A stretch of DNA of 64,000 bases from a virus (lineage: Duplodnaviria; Caudoviricetes), in the IMG/VR virus record IMGVR_UViG_2974626280_000001, positions 9,169 through 73,168 of that record. One strand, 5' to 3'. The notes beneath the pieces were generated by a model. That model was not told the origin of the DNA. It saw nothing but the letters and a program-made list of their open reading frames with translations, and did not search any database. Shown piece by piece: positions 8,918-19,838 of the stretch (the stretch's first letter is position 1; every line of letters begins with the position of its first letter). The position numbers were made by a program, and so were the translations under genes.

Positions 8918-10321
8918 ATGCAGGGCACAAGCCGCGAAATCGACAAAAACGGTTTCATGACAATCAAGGGTTGTCCGCTCTCATCATTTGGGATTTTTGA
9001 ATATTCAGCAGGTCAGGTCGGATTACCCGGCGACCCACACCGCATCGTTAACGTTTACCGCCCAGAATCAGAAGTGAACAATGTTGATGCTATCAACTCG
9101 TTCCGCAACGTTCCTTTCATTGATGACCATGAGATGCTTTCCGGCTTCGAAGGTGATGAAGAGAACTCAGCGCCAGAAGATTACGGTGTCGATGGCGTAC
9201 TCACTTCTGAAGTCTATTACGCAAAACCGTGGATGCGCGGCGACCTGAAGGTATTTGCCCGCAAGCTGCGTCGCGCGATAGATTCTGGCAAGGTCGATTT
9301 GTCTCTGGGTTATGATTGCGAGTTTGTTGTTCAGTCAGGAACCTTCGACGGCAAGCCGTATGAGGTGATTCAACAGCGACTTCGCGGCAATCACATTGCA
9401 CTGGTTGACATAGGTCGTGTCCCCGGTGCACGTGTTCTGGATGGTCGGTGCTTTGACCATCTTAGTCTTTCTGTACTACCATCCAACGAGGATAACCCCA
9501 TGCCACAAAAAGGTATCACCAAGCCTATTCTGGGCAAAGGGATGGATAAAGCCGCTAAAGATAATGCGATTGAGCAGCTGAAGGCTCTGATTCCCGCATT
9601 AGAGCAGGCGCTTTCAGAAGAAGGTGGTGAACCTGCTTCTGAGCAACCGTCTGAGCAGCCATCCGTCTCAGTTGAGCAGACGCCAGAAGGTTCTGGCGAA
9701 GGCGAAACTAAGGTTGAAGTTGAGCCGGGTTCTGAAGTTTCAGAACATAACGACGAGCCGCCAACTAATGAAGGCGAACAGCCTTCAGGTGAAGGCGAAC
9801 TCTCAGGCCTGATCAGCCGTGTCAAAGCTGTCCTTGAGAAACTTGAATCAGGAGCCGCGACCGATGAATCAGAAGTTAAACCTGGTGAAGCTGAAGACCG
9901 CACTGAAGGTCTGGTGGACATCTCAGCACCAGCCGGTTCAGACCTCAAGGTTGACGACAAACCGACGGAAGTCGAAAAGGCGTCGCCAGGCCCATCAGCA
10001 GGAACTCACAAAATGGCAAACGATTCGGCGGTTCGCGCTATCCGCGCTGATATTGCTCGTGCGGATAACCTCTACAAGCGCGTGTCTAAAGTTACTGGTG
10101 CCTTTGATCATGCAGCTATGTCAGCATCTGATGTAGCCCGCTATGGTGTTCAGAAGCTGAAAATTAAGTGCCAAGATGGCGCTGAGTTTGATGCTTTGGA
10201 TGCATATCTGAACGGTCTGGATGCTGCTGCCCGTCAGCAGACCGTGACCACGTCTAAACGCGCAGCGGACTCAGCGGCAGAATCAGCTGAATTCGACGCA
10301 TGGTTGAAGGGTACTAAATAA
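8918..10321 (+). CDS. Prohead protease/scaffold (DUF2213-like)
   Basis: VYRPESEV, PFIDDH, LSLGYDC and GNHIALVDIGR motifs; acidic low-complexity linker; upstream of the capsid genes. Confidence 0.85.
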   Translation: MQGTSREIDKNGFMTIKGCPLSSFGIFEYSAGQVGLPGDPHRIVNVYRPESEVNNVDAINSFRNVPFIDDHEMLSGFEGDEENSAPEDYGVDGVLTSEVYYAKPWMRGDLKVFARKLRRAIDSGKVDLSLGYDCEFVVQSGTFDGKPYEVIQQRLRGNHIALVDIGRVPGARVLDGRCFDHLSLSVLPSNEDNPMPQKGITKPILGKGMDKAAKDNAIEQLKALIPALEQALSEEGGEPASEQPSEQPSVSVEQTPEGSGEGETKVEVEPGSEVSEHNDEPPTNEGEQPSGEGELSGLISRVKAVLEKLESGAATDESEVKPGEAEDRTEGLVDISAPAGSDLKVDDKPTEVEKASPGPSAGTHKMANDSAVRAIRADIARADNLYKRVSKVTGAFDHAAMSASDVARYGVQKLKIKCQDGAEFDALDAYLNGLDAAARQQTVTTSKRAADSAAESAEFDAWLKGTK

Positions 10322-10944
10322 TGTTCCAGCAAAAGGTCAATCGCAATTACCCTACTGGCTTCCCCGGTGACATCGTCCGCGATGGCCCGAAGCGTGCGAA
10401 GCCAGGTCGAATCGGCAGCGCCAATGACGTTGCGAACGGTAACACTAACCGCATCAGCCGTGTGTTCGGTTATGCGTCTGATCAGTCTTACTCCGGCCAG
10501 AACGGTCAGGTTAAAACCCTGGGCGCGTTCAACACCGAAGTGACGCTGGGTGGCGCTAACTTCTACGGCGTGCTGGGTCATCCTAAGCACTATGTACTGT
10601 ACGGTGGTCAGGACGGCGCTCTGTCCGCGACCTACGACCTGCCGCAGTACTTTGAAGGCGAATTCTTCGACATGGTTACTGGCCTTGTTGCAGAAATCTT
10701 CAACTTTGGCACAACTGCTCAGTCAATCCAATACGGTGCGCAGCTGTACTACGTACCAGTTGGTCTGGCGGCAAACCCTAACAAAATTCCGTTAGGTGCG
10801 CTGGTTGCAGTCAATCCGGGCGATACTGCGCCGGAAGGTCTGTTGCCAATTCCGAACTCCATGGTGACCAACCCTGTTGACCTCGCTGCTTCAAGCGCGA
10901 CCGCAGCGGTGAACACCTGGACCATCATTCAGCTGACTCAGTAA
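10321..10944 (+). CDS. Capsid decoration/cement protein
   Basis: Between protease and major capsid gene; MFQQKVNRNYPTGFPG start typical of this position. Confidence 0.7.
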   Translation: MFQQKVNRNYPTGFPGDIVRDGPKRAKPGRIGSANDVANGNTNRISRVFGYASDQSYSGQNGQVKTLGAFNTEVTLGGANFYGVLGHPKHYVLYGGQDGALSATYDLPQYFEGEFFDMVTGLVAEIFNFGTTAQSIQYGAQLYYVPVGLAANPNKIPLGALVAVNPGDTAPEGLLPIPNSMVTNPVDLAASSATAAVNTWTIIQLTQ

Positions 10945-10954
10945 GAGGTGAGCA

Positions 10955-12112
10955 ATGGTAATGCAATCTAAGGTACATTCTCACCTCTCTGGTAAGAACG
11001 TGCGCCCGTTCGAAATGACCGCCGTCACCGACGCTGCTGTAAGCCGCCTGCGTGACATTGGTCTGGTATTCGACCGCGCGACGGTTCAGCACCAGATTGG
11101 CGAGTTGAACCGTGCTGGCGCATTCGACAGCATCAGCGGTCGTGGTATGGACGCGTCTTTCACCGCGCCTGTTACCAACCCGTCGCTGCCGACGCCAATT
11201 CAGTTCCTGCAACAGTGGCTTCCGGGCTTCGTTAAGGTCATGACTGCCGCGCGCAAGATTGACGAGCTGGTCGGTATCACCACCGTGGGCAGCTGGGAAG
11301 ACCAGGAAATCGTTCAGGGTATGGTTGAGCCTGCTGGCACTGCAGCGGAGTACGGTGATTTCACCAATATCCCTCTGACCAGCTGGAACACCAACTTTGA
11401 CCGCCGTACCATCGTGCGCGGCGAGCTGGGTATTCTGGTCGGTATGCTGGAAGAAGCTCGCAGCTCTGCGATGCGTCTGAACAGCGCCGAAACTAAACGC
11501 CAGCAGTCTGCTGTCGGTCTGGAAGTGATGCGTAACGCCATTGGCTTCTTCGGCTGGTACAACGGCAAAAACCGCACCTTTGGTTTCCTGAATGACCCGA
11601 ACCTGCCTGCGGCGTTGACTTCAACGACCACCAACGGCTGGCGCAACGGTACATTCCAGCAGATCATCAATGATGTCCGTATCATGGTGCAGGAGCTGCG
11701 CGTCAATTCGCAGGACCAAATCAACCCGCAAGACCTCGACCTGGTGCTGGCTCTGCCGACCAACGTTGTGGACTTCCTTTCCATTACCACTGACTTTGGT
11801 ATCAGCGTCCGTGGCTGGATTGAGCAGACTTACCCGAACCTGCGTATCGTTTCAGCTCCAGAGCTGATGGGCGCAATCGAAGGTGAAGACGGCGAGTATG
11901 AAAACGTTGCTTACCTGTACGCAGAAAGCATTGATAACTCCATCGACGGTTCTTCTGACGGTGGCGAAGTCTTCATGCAGATGGTGCAGACTAAGTTCAT
12001 GACGCTGGGCGTTGAAAAACGCGCCAAATCCTACGTCGAAGACTACGCAAACGCCACAGCAGGTGTCCTGCTTAAGCGTCCGTGGGCCGTCGTTCGTATG
12101 ATTGGTATCTAA
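10955..12112 (+). CDS. Major capsid protein (DUF2184/HK97 fold)
   Basis: 385 aa; [10 protein letters not shown] and [14 protein letters not shown] motifs; strong codon bias; followed by a terminator. Confidence 0.9.
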   Translation: MVMQSKVHSHLSGKNVRPFEMTAVTDAAVSRLRDIGLVFDRATVQHQIGELNRAGAFDSISGRGMDASFTAPVTNPSLPTPIQFLQQWLPGFVKVMTAARKIDELVGITTVGSWEDQEIVQGMVEPAGTAAEYGDFTNIPLTSWNTNFDRRTIVRGELGILVGMLEEARSSAMRLNSAETKRQQSAVGLEVMRNAIGFFGWYNGKNRTFGFLNDPNLPAALTSTTTNGWRNGTFQQIINDVRIMVQELRVNSQDQINPQDLDLVLALPTNVVDFLSITTDFGISVRGWIEQTYPNLRIVSAPELMGAIEGEDGEYENVAYLYAESIDNSIDGSSDGGEVFMQMVQTKFMTLGVEKRAKSYVEDYANATAGVLLKRPWAVVRMIGI

Positions 12113-12127
12113 CAGCCAATTGAACAC

Positions 12128-12156
12128 AAGGAATGGGCCATAAGGCCCATTCTTAT
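12128..12156 (+). terminator. Intrinsic terminator after the capsid gene
   Basis: GAATGGGCC-ATAA-GGCCCATTC stem followed by TTATT. Confidence 0.7.
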
Positions 12157-12219
12157 TACCAACCGATGGTATTGGGCTTCAGGGGCTGAAATACCACGTA
12201 AATTACTAGGACTGAACAT

Positions 12220-12717
12220 ATGTCAAGCGTATACGTATTATCCAAAATGTCAATGCCCGTTGCTTATTGCGTTTATGAGCAGCGCGACCGTAATTCTGGC
12301 GCGGTGCCGACAGCCCGTAATCCGGTTGTAGGTGACGTGCCTCTCCTGCGCAGAAAAATCTTTATCCACGGCGGCGCTGGTATCCCATCAACCCGCTCTG
12401 GATTTGGTGAGCGCATTCATGATCAGAACGGCCAGCCTCTTTGGGTTGCAGACGGCGTTGTGACTGCCATCTCAGAATCCGATTGGGAAATTTTGAAAGA
12501 GCACGAACTCTTCAAAAAGCACATGGAGCGCGGCCAGGTTAAAGTGATCAATCAGGACATTCGCGACAACCATCGCAAGGTGGCTAAAGAGGCCGCAGGC
12601 CTGACCAATGACCCGTTTGCTATGATGACGCCGGAACGTATGACGAAGCGTTACGCGCAGACCAAAAACATCACCGCATCAACTGGGTCAGTTGAAGAAA
12701 GCGAAAAACGAAACTAA
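12220..12717 (+). CDS. Virion structural protein
   Basis: Position after the capsid gene in the morphogenesis operon. Confidence 0.6.
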   Translation: MSSVYVLSKMSMPVAYCVYEQRDRNSGAVPTARNPVVGDVPLLRRKIFIHGGAGIPSTRSGFGERIHDQNGQPLWVADGVVTAISESDWEILKEHELFKKHMERGQVKVINQDIRDNHRKVAKEAAGLTNDPFAMMTPERMTKRYAQTKNITASTGSVEESEKRN

Positions 12718-12728
12718 TGGAGTGAGCC

Positions 12729-13205
12729 ATGTCCCAGAACTATCCAGAATTCGACATACCGCAGTTTCGTTTGAGATTCCCGGAATTCTCTGATACTACG
12801 GTATACAGCGACATAAAGCTGGAAGCCTTCTGGGACATGTCCAGCGTATTTATCAGCTTGGATGGTAGTCCATGTAGGGTTTTGACTGGTAAACAGTTAG
12901 CGCTGGCATTACAATTGATGACAGCGCATCTTTTATCTCTGGCTGTTCAGGCTGCATCCGACTCCGCTACTGGTTCAGCGGGCACCGGAGAGTCTGGCGG
13001 CTTTGTTGTATCGGCCTCAGTAGGCGACATTAGCGTTACAAAGTTAGCGCCGCCTGCGACCGATGGGTGGCAGTTCTGGCTCAACGGCTCACCGTATGGC
13101 ACGGAGCTGTGGGCATTACTGGGCCTGTTAGCGGTAGGCGGCTTGTCTTACGGCGGCCTGCCTGAGCGTGAGGGCTTCCGTAAAATTGGCGGGGTGTTCT
13201 GGTGA
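12729..13205 (+). CDS. Head-tail adaptor (DUF4054-like)
   Basis: FRLRFPEF start, LMTAHLL, SASVGDISV, SPYGTELW motifs. Confidence 0.8.
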   Translation: MSQNYPEFDIPQFRLRFPEFSDTTVYSDIKLEAFWDMSSVFISLDGSPCRVLTGKQLALALQLMTAHLLSLAVQAASDSATGSAGTGESGGFVVSASVGDISVTKLAPPATDGWQFWLNGSPYGTELWALLGLLAVGGLSYGGLPEREGFRKIGGVFW

Positions 13206-13615
13206 TTGTTCCCGGTGCTAATCTTTTCCGTCTTGCTACCCGGCTGATTAAACCTCAGCCGATTGAGTATTATCGTTTTGCTGGACGTGATACCGACCGC
13301 CAGCGAAATCTCGTTGATACTTATTTTCCTGTCCAAACCATCATGGCGTCAGTTCAGGCCGTTCCTCGTGATTCGTATGCTGAACTTGGTCTGGACTTCC
13401 AGAAGAATTACCTCAAGATATATGTCGCCATGGATGTTATGGACTTGGAGCGTGATGCCTCAGGTGATATGTTTGCTTTTGGAGCACGTAAGCGCTTCTA
13501 TAAGCTTACCAGTGAAACGCCATGGTTTGATATGGATGGTTGGTGCTCCGCTATCGCTGTTCAGGTGCTCCAGTCGTTTCCAATCACCTTTGTTTCAGAG
13601 GTTAATGGCTCATGA
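13202..13615 (+). CDS. Head closure protein
   Basis: Synteny and overlapping start/stop with neighbours. Confidence 0.6.
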   Translation: MIVPGANLFRLATRLIKPQPIEYYRFAGRDTDRQRNLVDTYFPVQTIMASVQAVPRDSYAELGLDFQKNYLKIYVAMDVMDLERDASGDMFAFGARKRFYKLTSETPWFDMDGWCSAIAVQVLQSFPITFVSEVNGS

Positions 13616-14157
13616 AAGACGTTGACCTGATTGATGCGATAGCAACCCGCTGCGAGGAAGGTCTTGCGGCTTTAGGCTATAACACCAGAAACTTTCCCCT
13701 TTTACAGTCTTATCAGCCGCGCCAGCAAGGTGTTCCGACTGGTAATTCAGTATATGTTGAAAAGTTGTATTCTCATGTTTACGGCTCACCTTCTCTTGGA
13801 CTAAAATATGATTCCAATAAAGACGTCTTCATTGAGAAAGAAGGTCAGATATATAATACGACTTTTCAAATCAGCGTTTTATTGCCTCAAATACCCGGCA
13901 ATACTGATATTCCAACTGCTGCCGACGTTGCTGAACATTTACAGCGCTGGATATCATCACGTGCATCATTAAGAATCTTCCGGTCAAAGGGTCTGTCTAT
14001 ATACAGAATCCTGGACGTAAAAAACCGAAAGTTTCAGGATGATCAGGAACAGCACGAAGCCTTTCCAAGTTTCGACGTCACCTTCAACCACATCAATAGC
14101 CTTGAGAGTGAGATTGGAGCAGTTAAGCGCGTTGTCGGTCGCATAATCGGGGTGTGA
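13612..14157 (+). CDS. Neck/tail terminator protein
   Basis: Synteny before the sheath gene; beta-rich composition. Confidence 0.55.
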   Translation: MKDVDLIDAIATRCEEGLAALGYNTRNFPLLQSYQPRQQGVPTGNSVYVEKLYSHVYGSPSLGLKYDSNKDVFIEKEGQIYNTTFQISVLLPQIPGNTDIPTAADVAEHLQRWISSRASLRIFRSKGLSIYRILDVKNRKFQDDQEQHEAFPSFDVTFNHINSLESEIGAVKRVVGRIIGV

Positions 14158-14158
14158 T

Positions 14159-14641
14159 ATGGCCCGCTCTAAAGAAATCCAAAAGCAAATTGACATGCTC
14201 AAGAACCTTCAAAATGCAAAGGTTCAAGCGGGCTGGTTCGAAACTGATAGATACTCAGATGAAGAGGGCGGCGAATTAGTCGCCGAACGCGCCCGCAAGT
14301 TAGAGTATGGATTCACTAGCAAATTCACACTTCCAAACGGCCAAGAGGTTGACGCTTATACGCCTCCTCGACCATTCATGCGATTCGCTGGCTTACTATT
14401 TTCGGCTGACCGCAGGCGGATTGAGAATAACATTGCTAAAAAGTTGTTTTCAGGTAAAATAGACGCTGACCAAGCGCTTGCCCAAATCGGGTTAGCGATG
14501 GAAGCCAAGATTGTAGATTCAATCAAAGAAGGTGAATGGATTGGCAACTCATATTTCACCATAAAACAAAAAGGATTTGACAAACCTTTGATTGAAACGG
14601 GTCATATGTGGCAGACCGTCAGCAGCAAGGTTGTTAAATAG
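14159..14641 (+). CDS. Tail completion/neck protein
   Basis: LEYG...TPPRPFMR and KGFDKPLIETGHM motifs. Confidence 0.7.
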   Translation: MARSKEIQKQIDMLKNLQNAKVQAGWFETDRYSDEEGGELVAERARKLEYGFTSKFTLPNGQEVDAYTPPRPFMRFAGLLFSADRRRIENNIAKKLFSGKIDADQALAQIGLAMEAKIVDSIKEGEWIGNSYFTIKQKGFDKPLIETGHMWQTVSSKVVK

Positions 14642-14651
14642 GAGAGAACCA

Positions 14652-16175
14652 GTGATCAGTCAATCTCGTTATATTCGCATTATCTCCGGCGTTGGTGCTG
14701 GCGCAGGCGTCGCAGAGCGTGAATTAATGCTCCGTGTACTCACTGCCAATAGCCTTATTCCGGCAGGCGTTGTCATGGAGTTTGATACTCCTGATGCAGT
14801 CCAAAGCTTCTTTGGCGCGGCGTCAGAAGAGTATAAACGTGCTCAGCGCTATTTTGCTTTCATTAGCAAGAACACCTTTTCACCGCAAACGATCAGTTTC
14901 AGCCGTTGGGTGAATTCGGTCATTTCCGCTCAGATTGTCGGCGATAGCGAAGACAAATCTCTGGGCACCCTCAAGTCATTCTCTGGCGCGACACTCTCGC
15001 TGGCGTTCAATGATGAGCAGTTCGATGTACCACCAATCGACCTGACCACTGCGACCACGCTGACGGACGTTGCTCAGAAGATTCAGGACGCTCTCGCGGC
15101 GGCTGAAGGTGCACCGGAAGCTATTTCTGGCGCGACCGTGACTTACAACACAAACACCCAGCAGTTTGTTATGACCGCCGCTTCTGCTGCGTCTGGTAGC
15201 GGTACGCTGACTACTGTTCCGACCAGCCTGAACACCGATATTTCCGGCTATCTGGGTTGGGGTGTGACCGGGACCGTTTACGTCGCCGGACAGGGTCAGG
15301 ACACCCCTGTAGAAGCTATCACCAAGTCCAGCGCCCTTTCCAACAACTTCTTTAGCTGGGTTGTTGCTGGCGCTGATTTGACGCTGGAGCAGATTGTTGA
15401 GAATGCTGCATGGAACGATTCGCGTAACAACGAATTCATGTATTGCTTCTCGACTACCCTGCGAAACGCTTCGGCGTATTATGCAGCGCTGAAAGGCTTC
15501 TCCGGCGTAGCAATGAGCCTGCGTTCACCTATTCTGGCCAATGATTTCATTGATCAGTTCCCTGGTGAAATCGCTGCGGCGACAAACTATCGTCGTCCGA
15601 ATGCGTCACAAAACTTTATGTACTACCAGAGCGCAGCCCGCAATGTGGTAGTGACCGAAGACCGTGATGCAGACCTCGCTGACGCCGCGCGCGCCAACTA
15701 TATCGGCGTAACCCAGCAGGCAGGCCAGCCGCTGTCGTTCTATCAGCGCGGCGTGCTGATGGGCGGCTCTCAGGCTGCTGTCGACATGAACACCTACACC
15801 AACGAAGCGTGGATGAAGGGTTCAATCACCAGCCAGCTGTTTGCGCTCTTCCTGAACGTGGGTCGCGTGCCTGCTAACGAAGCGGGCAAAAGCTCCATTA
15901 TTGGCGTGATTCAGACTGTAATCGATAACGCGACCGTCAACGGCACCATCTCCGTTGGTAAAGCGCTTACCGAAATCCAGAAGCAGTATATCAACCAGCA
16001 GACTGGCGACGATACCGCATGGCGCCAGGTTCAGACTATCGGCTACTGGCTCGACGTCGATTTTGAGACTGAGACCACGCCTGATGGCCGAATCGAGTAT
16101 TATGCGACGTATCAGCTGGTCTATTCGAAAGACGACATGGTTCGCCGTGTCGTTGGCCGCGACCAAATGATCTAA
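14652..16175 (+). CDS. Tail sheath protein (DUF3383-like)
   Basis: GTG start at 14652 with RBS GGAG; ISQSRYIRIISGV start; about 507 aa. Confidence 0.9.
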   Translation: MISQSRYIRIISGVGAGAGVAERELMLRVLTANSLIPAGVVMEFDTPDAVQSFFGAASEEYKRAQRYFAFISKNTFSPQTISFSRWVNSVISAQIVGDSEDKSLGTLKSFSGATLSLAFNDEQFDVPPIDLTTATTLTDVAQKIQDALAAAEGAPEAISGATVTYNTNTQQFVMTAASAASGSGTLTTVPTSLNTDISGYLGWGVTGTVYVAGQGQDTPVEAITKSSALSNNFFSWVVAGADLTLEQIVENAAWNDSRNNEFMYCFSTTLRNASAYYAALKGFSGVAMSLRSPILANDFIDQFPGEIAAATNYRRPNASQNFMYYQSAARNVVVTEDRDADLADAARANYIGVTQQAGQPLSFYQRGVLMGGSQAAVDMNTYTNEAWMKGSITSQLFALFLNVGRVPANEAGKSSIIGVIQTVIDNATVNGTISVGKALTEIQKQYINQQTGDDTAWRQVQTIGYWLDVDFETETTPDGRIEYYATYQLVYSKDDMVRRVVGRDQMI

Positions 16176-16222
16176 TCCGATAGCCGTCAGATGCCGGCGG
16201 CTAATCTTAACAGGAGAGTAAA

Positions 16223-16690
16223 ATGATTAATGTTTCCGGTTACGGGTTGGTTGGTCGTTTGATTGCCAACCGTACCTACCCACAAGGCGTTAATATTGCC
16301 GATTTTGCTGACGATGCGGACCCGGCTGACGCGCCGGACGTTACCATCAGCGACACTGGCGTTGGCCTTAACGGCGACCTGGTCGTTTGGAACCGTGCAT
16401 CAGCCCTTGAGGTTGGTGTAAACGTAATTCCGACCAGCCAGTCTGACGTTGACCTGCATGTTCTGGCGCAAGCCAACCGTGTGGGCAAGCGTAAGACCTC
16501 TGCGAAAGATGTGATCACGCTGGTACTCAATTATCCATCTGGTATGGTTGTAACCCTTACTAAGGGCACAATCATTTCTGGCTCGATGATTCCAGCGGTA
16601 GCGCAGCAGGGTCGTATCAAAACGCGCCAGTACCGTTTCCGCTTCGAGAATGTTGTTGTAACAGGCATCTCTAATCAGGAAATTCTGTAA
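16223..16690 (+). CDS. Tail tube protein
   Basis: Directly after the sheath gene; FADDADP and GLNGDL motifs. Confidence 0.8.
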   Translation: MINVSGYGLVGRLIANRTYPQGVNIADFADDADPADAPDVTISDTGVGLNGDLVVWNRASALEVGVNVIPTSQSDVDLHVLAQANRVGKRKTSAKDVITLVLNYPSGMVVTLTKGTIISGSMIPAVAQQGRIKTRQYRFRFENVVVTGISNQEIL

Positions 16691-17025
16691 TGTATAGAAT
16701 CCCACTGAGCAAGACCCCGAATCAGATTGTCAGCTTTAACCTTGATGGTGCGTATTGGACGCTGTATGTCTACTCAGCGATAACCCATATGTGCTGCGAT
16801 ATCGAGCGTAATGGTGAGACACTTATTCGCGGCGTCCGCTGCTTCGGTGGGATTCCCCTTATTCCATATAAGCACTTAGTTGGCGATTTTGGAAACTTCT
16901 ATTTTAATGATGAAGCCGATTGGGAATTATTCGACGGCTCTGTTCAGCTTAATTATTTAAATAAAAGTGAAGTTTCCCAATACAACTCATTAATCGAATC
17001 CGGGCTATATACATGGCAAGTGTAA
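16690..17025 (+). CDS. Baseplate-associated protein
   Basis: IPLSKTPNQIVSFNLDG motif of myophage baseplate/tail proteins. Confidence 0.6.
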   Translation: MYRIPLSKTPNQIVSFNLDGAYWTLYVYSAITHMCCDIERNGETLIRGVRCFGGIPLIPYKHLVGDFGNFYFNDEADWELFDGSVQLNYLNKSEVSQYNSLIESGLYTWQV

Positions 17026-17366
17026 CGATTTTAACGAATGAGAATAATGACATTTTCTTGCCTGATGGCAGGAATTTGTCTATTATTAAAGGGCTTCCTG
17101 CGCTGACTCAAAATATACGTCATGCGCACCTTATGCGTAAGGGTGAAGACCTTTATGATCAGGAAAATGGGGTTGACTACTTAGGTACAGTATTCAGCTC
17201 ACCCAGAGACGAGGATGGCGCAAGGCAGTCAATTGCCAACGCAATCCTGAAGAAGGAAGATGTGAAATCTATCGAGACTTTGCAGATTTCCTTCAACGGT
17301 GATGTGATGGATTTCGCGGCTGAAATCGTCACTGTTTACGGCGACACAATTAAATTGGGAAGTTAA
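17013..17366 (+). CDS. Baseplate wedge/sheath initiator (gp25-like)
   Basis: GEDLYDQENGVDYL motif. Confidence 0.65.
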   Translation: MASVTILTNENNDIFLPDGRNLSIIKGLPALTQNIRHAHLMRKGEDLYDQENGVDYLGTVFSSPRDEDGARQSIANAILKKEDVKSIETLQISFNGDVMDFAAEIVTVYGDTIKLGS

Positions 17367-17368
17367 TC

Positions 17369-17782
17369 ATGACAAAGCAAATCGTTACCAGCTTTGCGCA
17401 CGGCGTGATGAAAGTCACCAGCGGCGATAATGCACGTTTCGAAGACCTGACTGACGCCAAAAAGCGTGAGCTTGGTCTGATCAAAGACCCTACCGTAACC
17501 GATAGCAACGCCGCGCCTGTTGATCAGCGCACTGGCGCTCCTGTCGATGGCGCTGATGCTGAAGCGAAAGCCAAGCAGGCAGAGAAGATTGCCGCATCTG
17601 AAGAAGCTGATAAAAAGGCTGAAGGCGACGATGCGAGCGAAAAAGCTAAGCGTGAAGCAGAGCAGAAAGCAGAGGCTGAGAAGAAAGCCGAAGCTGACCG
17701 CCTCGCTGCTGAGCAGAAAGCCAAAGACGATGCTGCTGCAGCTCAGGCTAAAGCAGACGCTAAAACCACAACCAAGAAGTAA
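17369..17782 (+). CDS. Virion protein with K/E/A-rich tail
   Basis: Within the tail operon; low-complexity C-terminus. Confidence 0.6.
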   Translation: MTKQIVTSFAHGVMKVTSGDNARFEDLTDAKKRELGLIKDPTVTDSNAAPVDQRTGAPVDGADAEAKAKQAEKIAASEEADKKAEGDDASEKAKREAEQKAEAEKKAEADRLAAEQKAKDDAAAAQAKADAKTTTKK

Positions 17783-17792
17783 GGTGTAATAA

Positions 17793-18290
17793 ATGGTCAA
17801 CATCAGCGGATATGGGATGAGCGTTAACATCGTGGCACTTCAAACGTTCCCGATGGGCTTTTCACTTGAGTCTTTTTCTGACGACGCTGACCCGCTGGCC
17901 ATTGACGACACTGAGGTTGCTGGATATGAGATGACGTTTGACGGTGGCCTTGTTGCCTTTGATAAAGCAGCAGCGCACATCGTCAACGTCTCTGTTATTC
18001 CTAACTCAGAAGATGACATCAATTTAAAGCTGCTTTTACAGGCGCGTAAAAGCTCTGTTAAATGGTTGCCAATTCAAGACGTCACCACGATGGTGATAAA
18101 CTATCCAGAGCGCGGCAGGGTTGTATTCTCAAACGGAACCATCCTTAAAGGCCCGTTCGCTGATTCGATTCTTTCGACGGGTCGACGCCGGTCTAATACG
18201 TACACATTCGCCTTTGGAGCATTCGCAGGCGCTCAAACCACCAAGCAGGCGGTCATAGGTACAATTCAGAGTCTCATCGGGTTGATATAA
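17793..18290 (+). CDS. Tail tube paralogue (baseplate-proximal tube)
   Basis: MVNISGYG...FSDDADP aligns by eye with 16223..16690 (MINVSGYG...FADDADP). Confidence 0.75.
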   Translation: MVNISGYGMSVNIVALQTFPMGFSLESFSDDADPLAIDDTEVAGYEMTFDGGLVAFDKAAAHIVNVSVIPNSEDDINLKLLLQARKSSVKWLPIQDVTTMVINYPERGRVVFSNGTILKGPFADSILSTGRRRSNTYTFAFGAFAGAQTTKQAVIGTIQSLIGLI

Positions 18291-18835
18291 TGGCGAATGA
18301 TTTAATAAGCTATATCTTTGGCCCCGGCCAATTTAAATTAACCGATTTCAAAGCAGGGCCAGTTTCTTTAGCTGGCCTTAGCATTATCGATGTCACGATA
18401 ATAATGAATGGCAAGTTATTTAAAAATCCAAAAGAGGATGGCGGCTTCATCGTCGATGGAAAGATAAGGACTCCTGTTGAAGTCAATGTGACGGTCATCG
18501 TTCAAACGGTCGACGGTGCTGAGAGAATAAACTCAATTTTAAAGAACCGTGACACTATTTATTCATTGACGTCACGCGGCGTTATAATTGACAACCTGCT
18601 TTGTACTAACCAGCAGATAACAATGTCTTCAGATGTCCTGTCTGCCGCGCCTTATAGGCTCACGTTCCGTGAATTGCCTTTACAAAGGACCGTCCAACCG
18701 ACAACGCTCCAGCCTGCTGACTCAAGCATTATTGACAAGGGTATTGCATACGTCAAAGAGACTACGGACAGCGTAACCTCTATGGCTAATTCTGCAATTA
18801 ATAAGGTTAAAACTTCAATAACAGGATTATTCTGA
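18290..18835 (+). CDS. Tail tube initiator/Dit-like protein
   Basis: Synteny; similar in pattern to the next gene. Confidence 0.55.
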   Translation: MANDLISYIFGPGQFKLTDFKAGPVSLAGLSIIDVTIIMNGKLFKNPKEDGGFIVDGKIRTPVEVNVTVIVQTVDGAERINSILKNRDTIYSLTSRGVIIDNLLCTNQQITMSSDVLSAAPYRLTFRELPLQRTVQPTTLQPADSSIIDKGIAYVKETTDSVTSMANSAINKVKTSITGLF

Positions 18836-19401
18836 TGAACCTTATTAAGTTAATATTCGGCTCTTCAGAGGTGTCTATAAAAGACGAGCAAACAGGGCTT
18901 GCTAAGTTCACCCGGTTGACCGTCCTTTCAGCTGACATATTGACCAATGCCACAACGACCGACAACCCGATGAATGCGACGCCTACAGAGGCTTTGGAGT
19001 CGGTCGAAAATTCGCTGTTGACCAATATCAAGTCCGTCAAGGTTCTGATGCCGTCTTCATTGACCCTTAATTGCCTTGTCACGGACCAATCCACTTCTGA
19101 TAGTATTATGCACGCTTGGTCTGACCAAGAAGCGACTTTCACCATTACGTCACGCGCGATAATATCGCAGGCAATGGCTTTGGTAAACGTCGAATTTAAA
19201 CAGACGAACCAGAATACTTCGGCTATAATAGCGACACTTACATTTGAGCAAACGGCGGAAGCCCAGCTATCGAACTTCGACCCTAAACAGGCGGCTGACA
19301 GGGACACTCTTGGGATCACTACTAAAGTGCCAACCTCCTTGACTAGCACTGTGGGTAACTTTTATAATAACGTGAAATCTAAAATTGGAGCGTTATTATG
19401 A
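18835..19401 (+). CDS. Tail tube initiator/Dit-like protein (paralogue)
   Basis: Shares the ITSR...I...M/L motif with the previous gene. Confidence 0.55.
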   Translation: MNLIKLIFGSSEVSIKDEQTGLAKFTRLTVLSADILTNATTTDNPMNATPTEALESVENSLLTNIKSVKVLMPSSLTLNCLVTDQSTSDSIMHAWSDQEATFTITSRAIISQAMALVNVEFKQTNQNTSAIIATLTFEQTAEAQLSNFDPKQAADRDTLGITTKVPTSLTSTVGNFYNNVKSKIGALL

Positions 19402-19829
19402 ACATTATCGAAGTTGATGTGCACGGCCCAGACGGAACCGAAAAGCGCCGGATTAAAATCCATCGCATGGGCGCTCAAGAGGGTTGGGAAGCACAGCGCA
19501 GATTCATCGAATTTGCTATGTCGAAAGACCCTGCATTTAGAAAAGAATACACGTTTGAGATTCTGGCTTTTGCATCAGTGGTCCGTGACGGAAGCGATGA
19601 TTTGCCGCTGAATACGCCAACGCTGATTGAAAACCATTTGCAAAACTGGCGCAACCTTGAGAAGGTTTTCAACGCCATTCTTATGGACAACGGCATCGAC
19701 CCGTCAACGCACGCTGAGAAAGACCATTATTGGATGAACGCTGGCGGCGAAATTGCAGCAGCATTTATTCAGCAGACCATCGACATGCTTGGCCCGCTCC
19801 TCAAAGACGCTGGCAAAGTGACAAAATAA
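19398..19829 (+). CDS. Tail assembly chaperone
   Basis: Immediately upstream of the tape measure gene. Confidence 0.6.
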   Translation: MNIIEVDVHGPDGTEKRRIKIHRMGAQEGWEAQRRFIEFAMSKDPAFRKEYTFEILAFASVVRDGSDDLPLNTPTLIENHLQNWRNLEKVFNAILMDNGIDPSTHAEKDHYWMNAGGEIAAAFIQQTIDMLGPLLKDAGKVTK

Positions 19830-19838
19830 GGGTGCGCC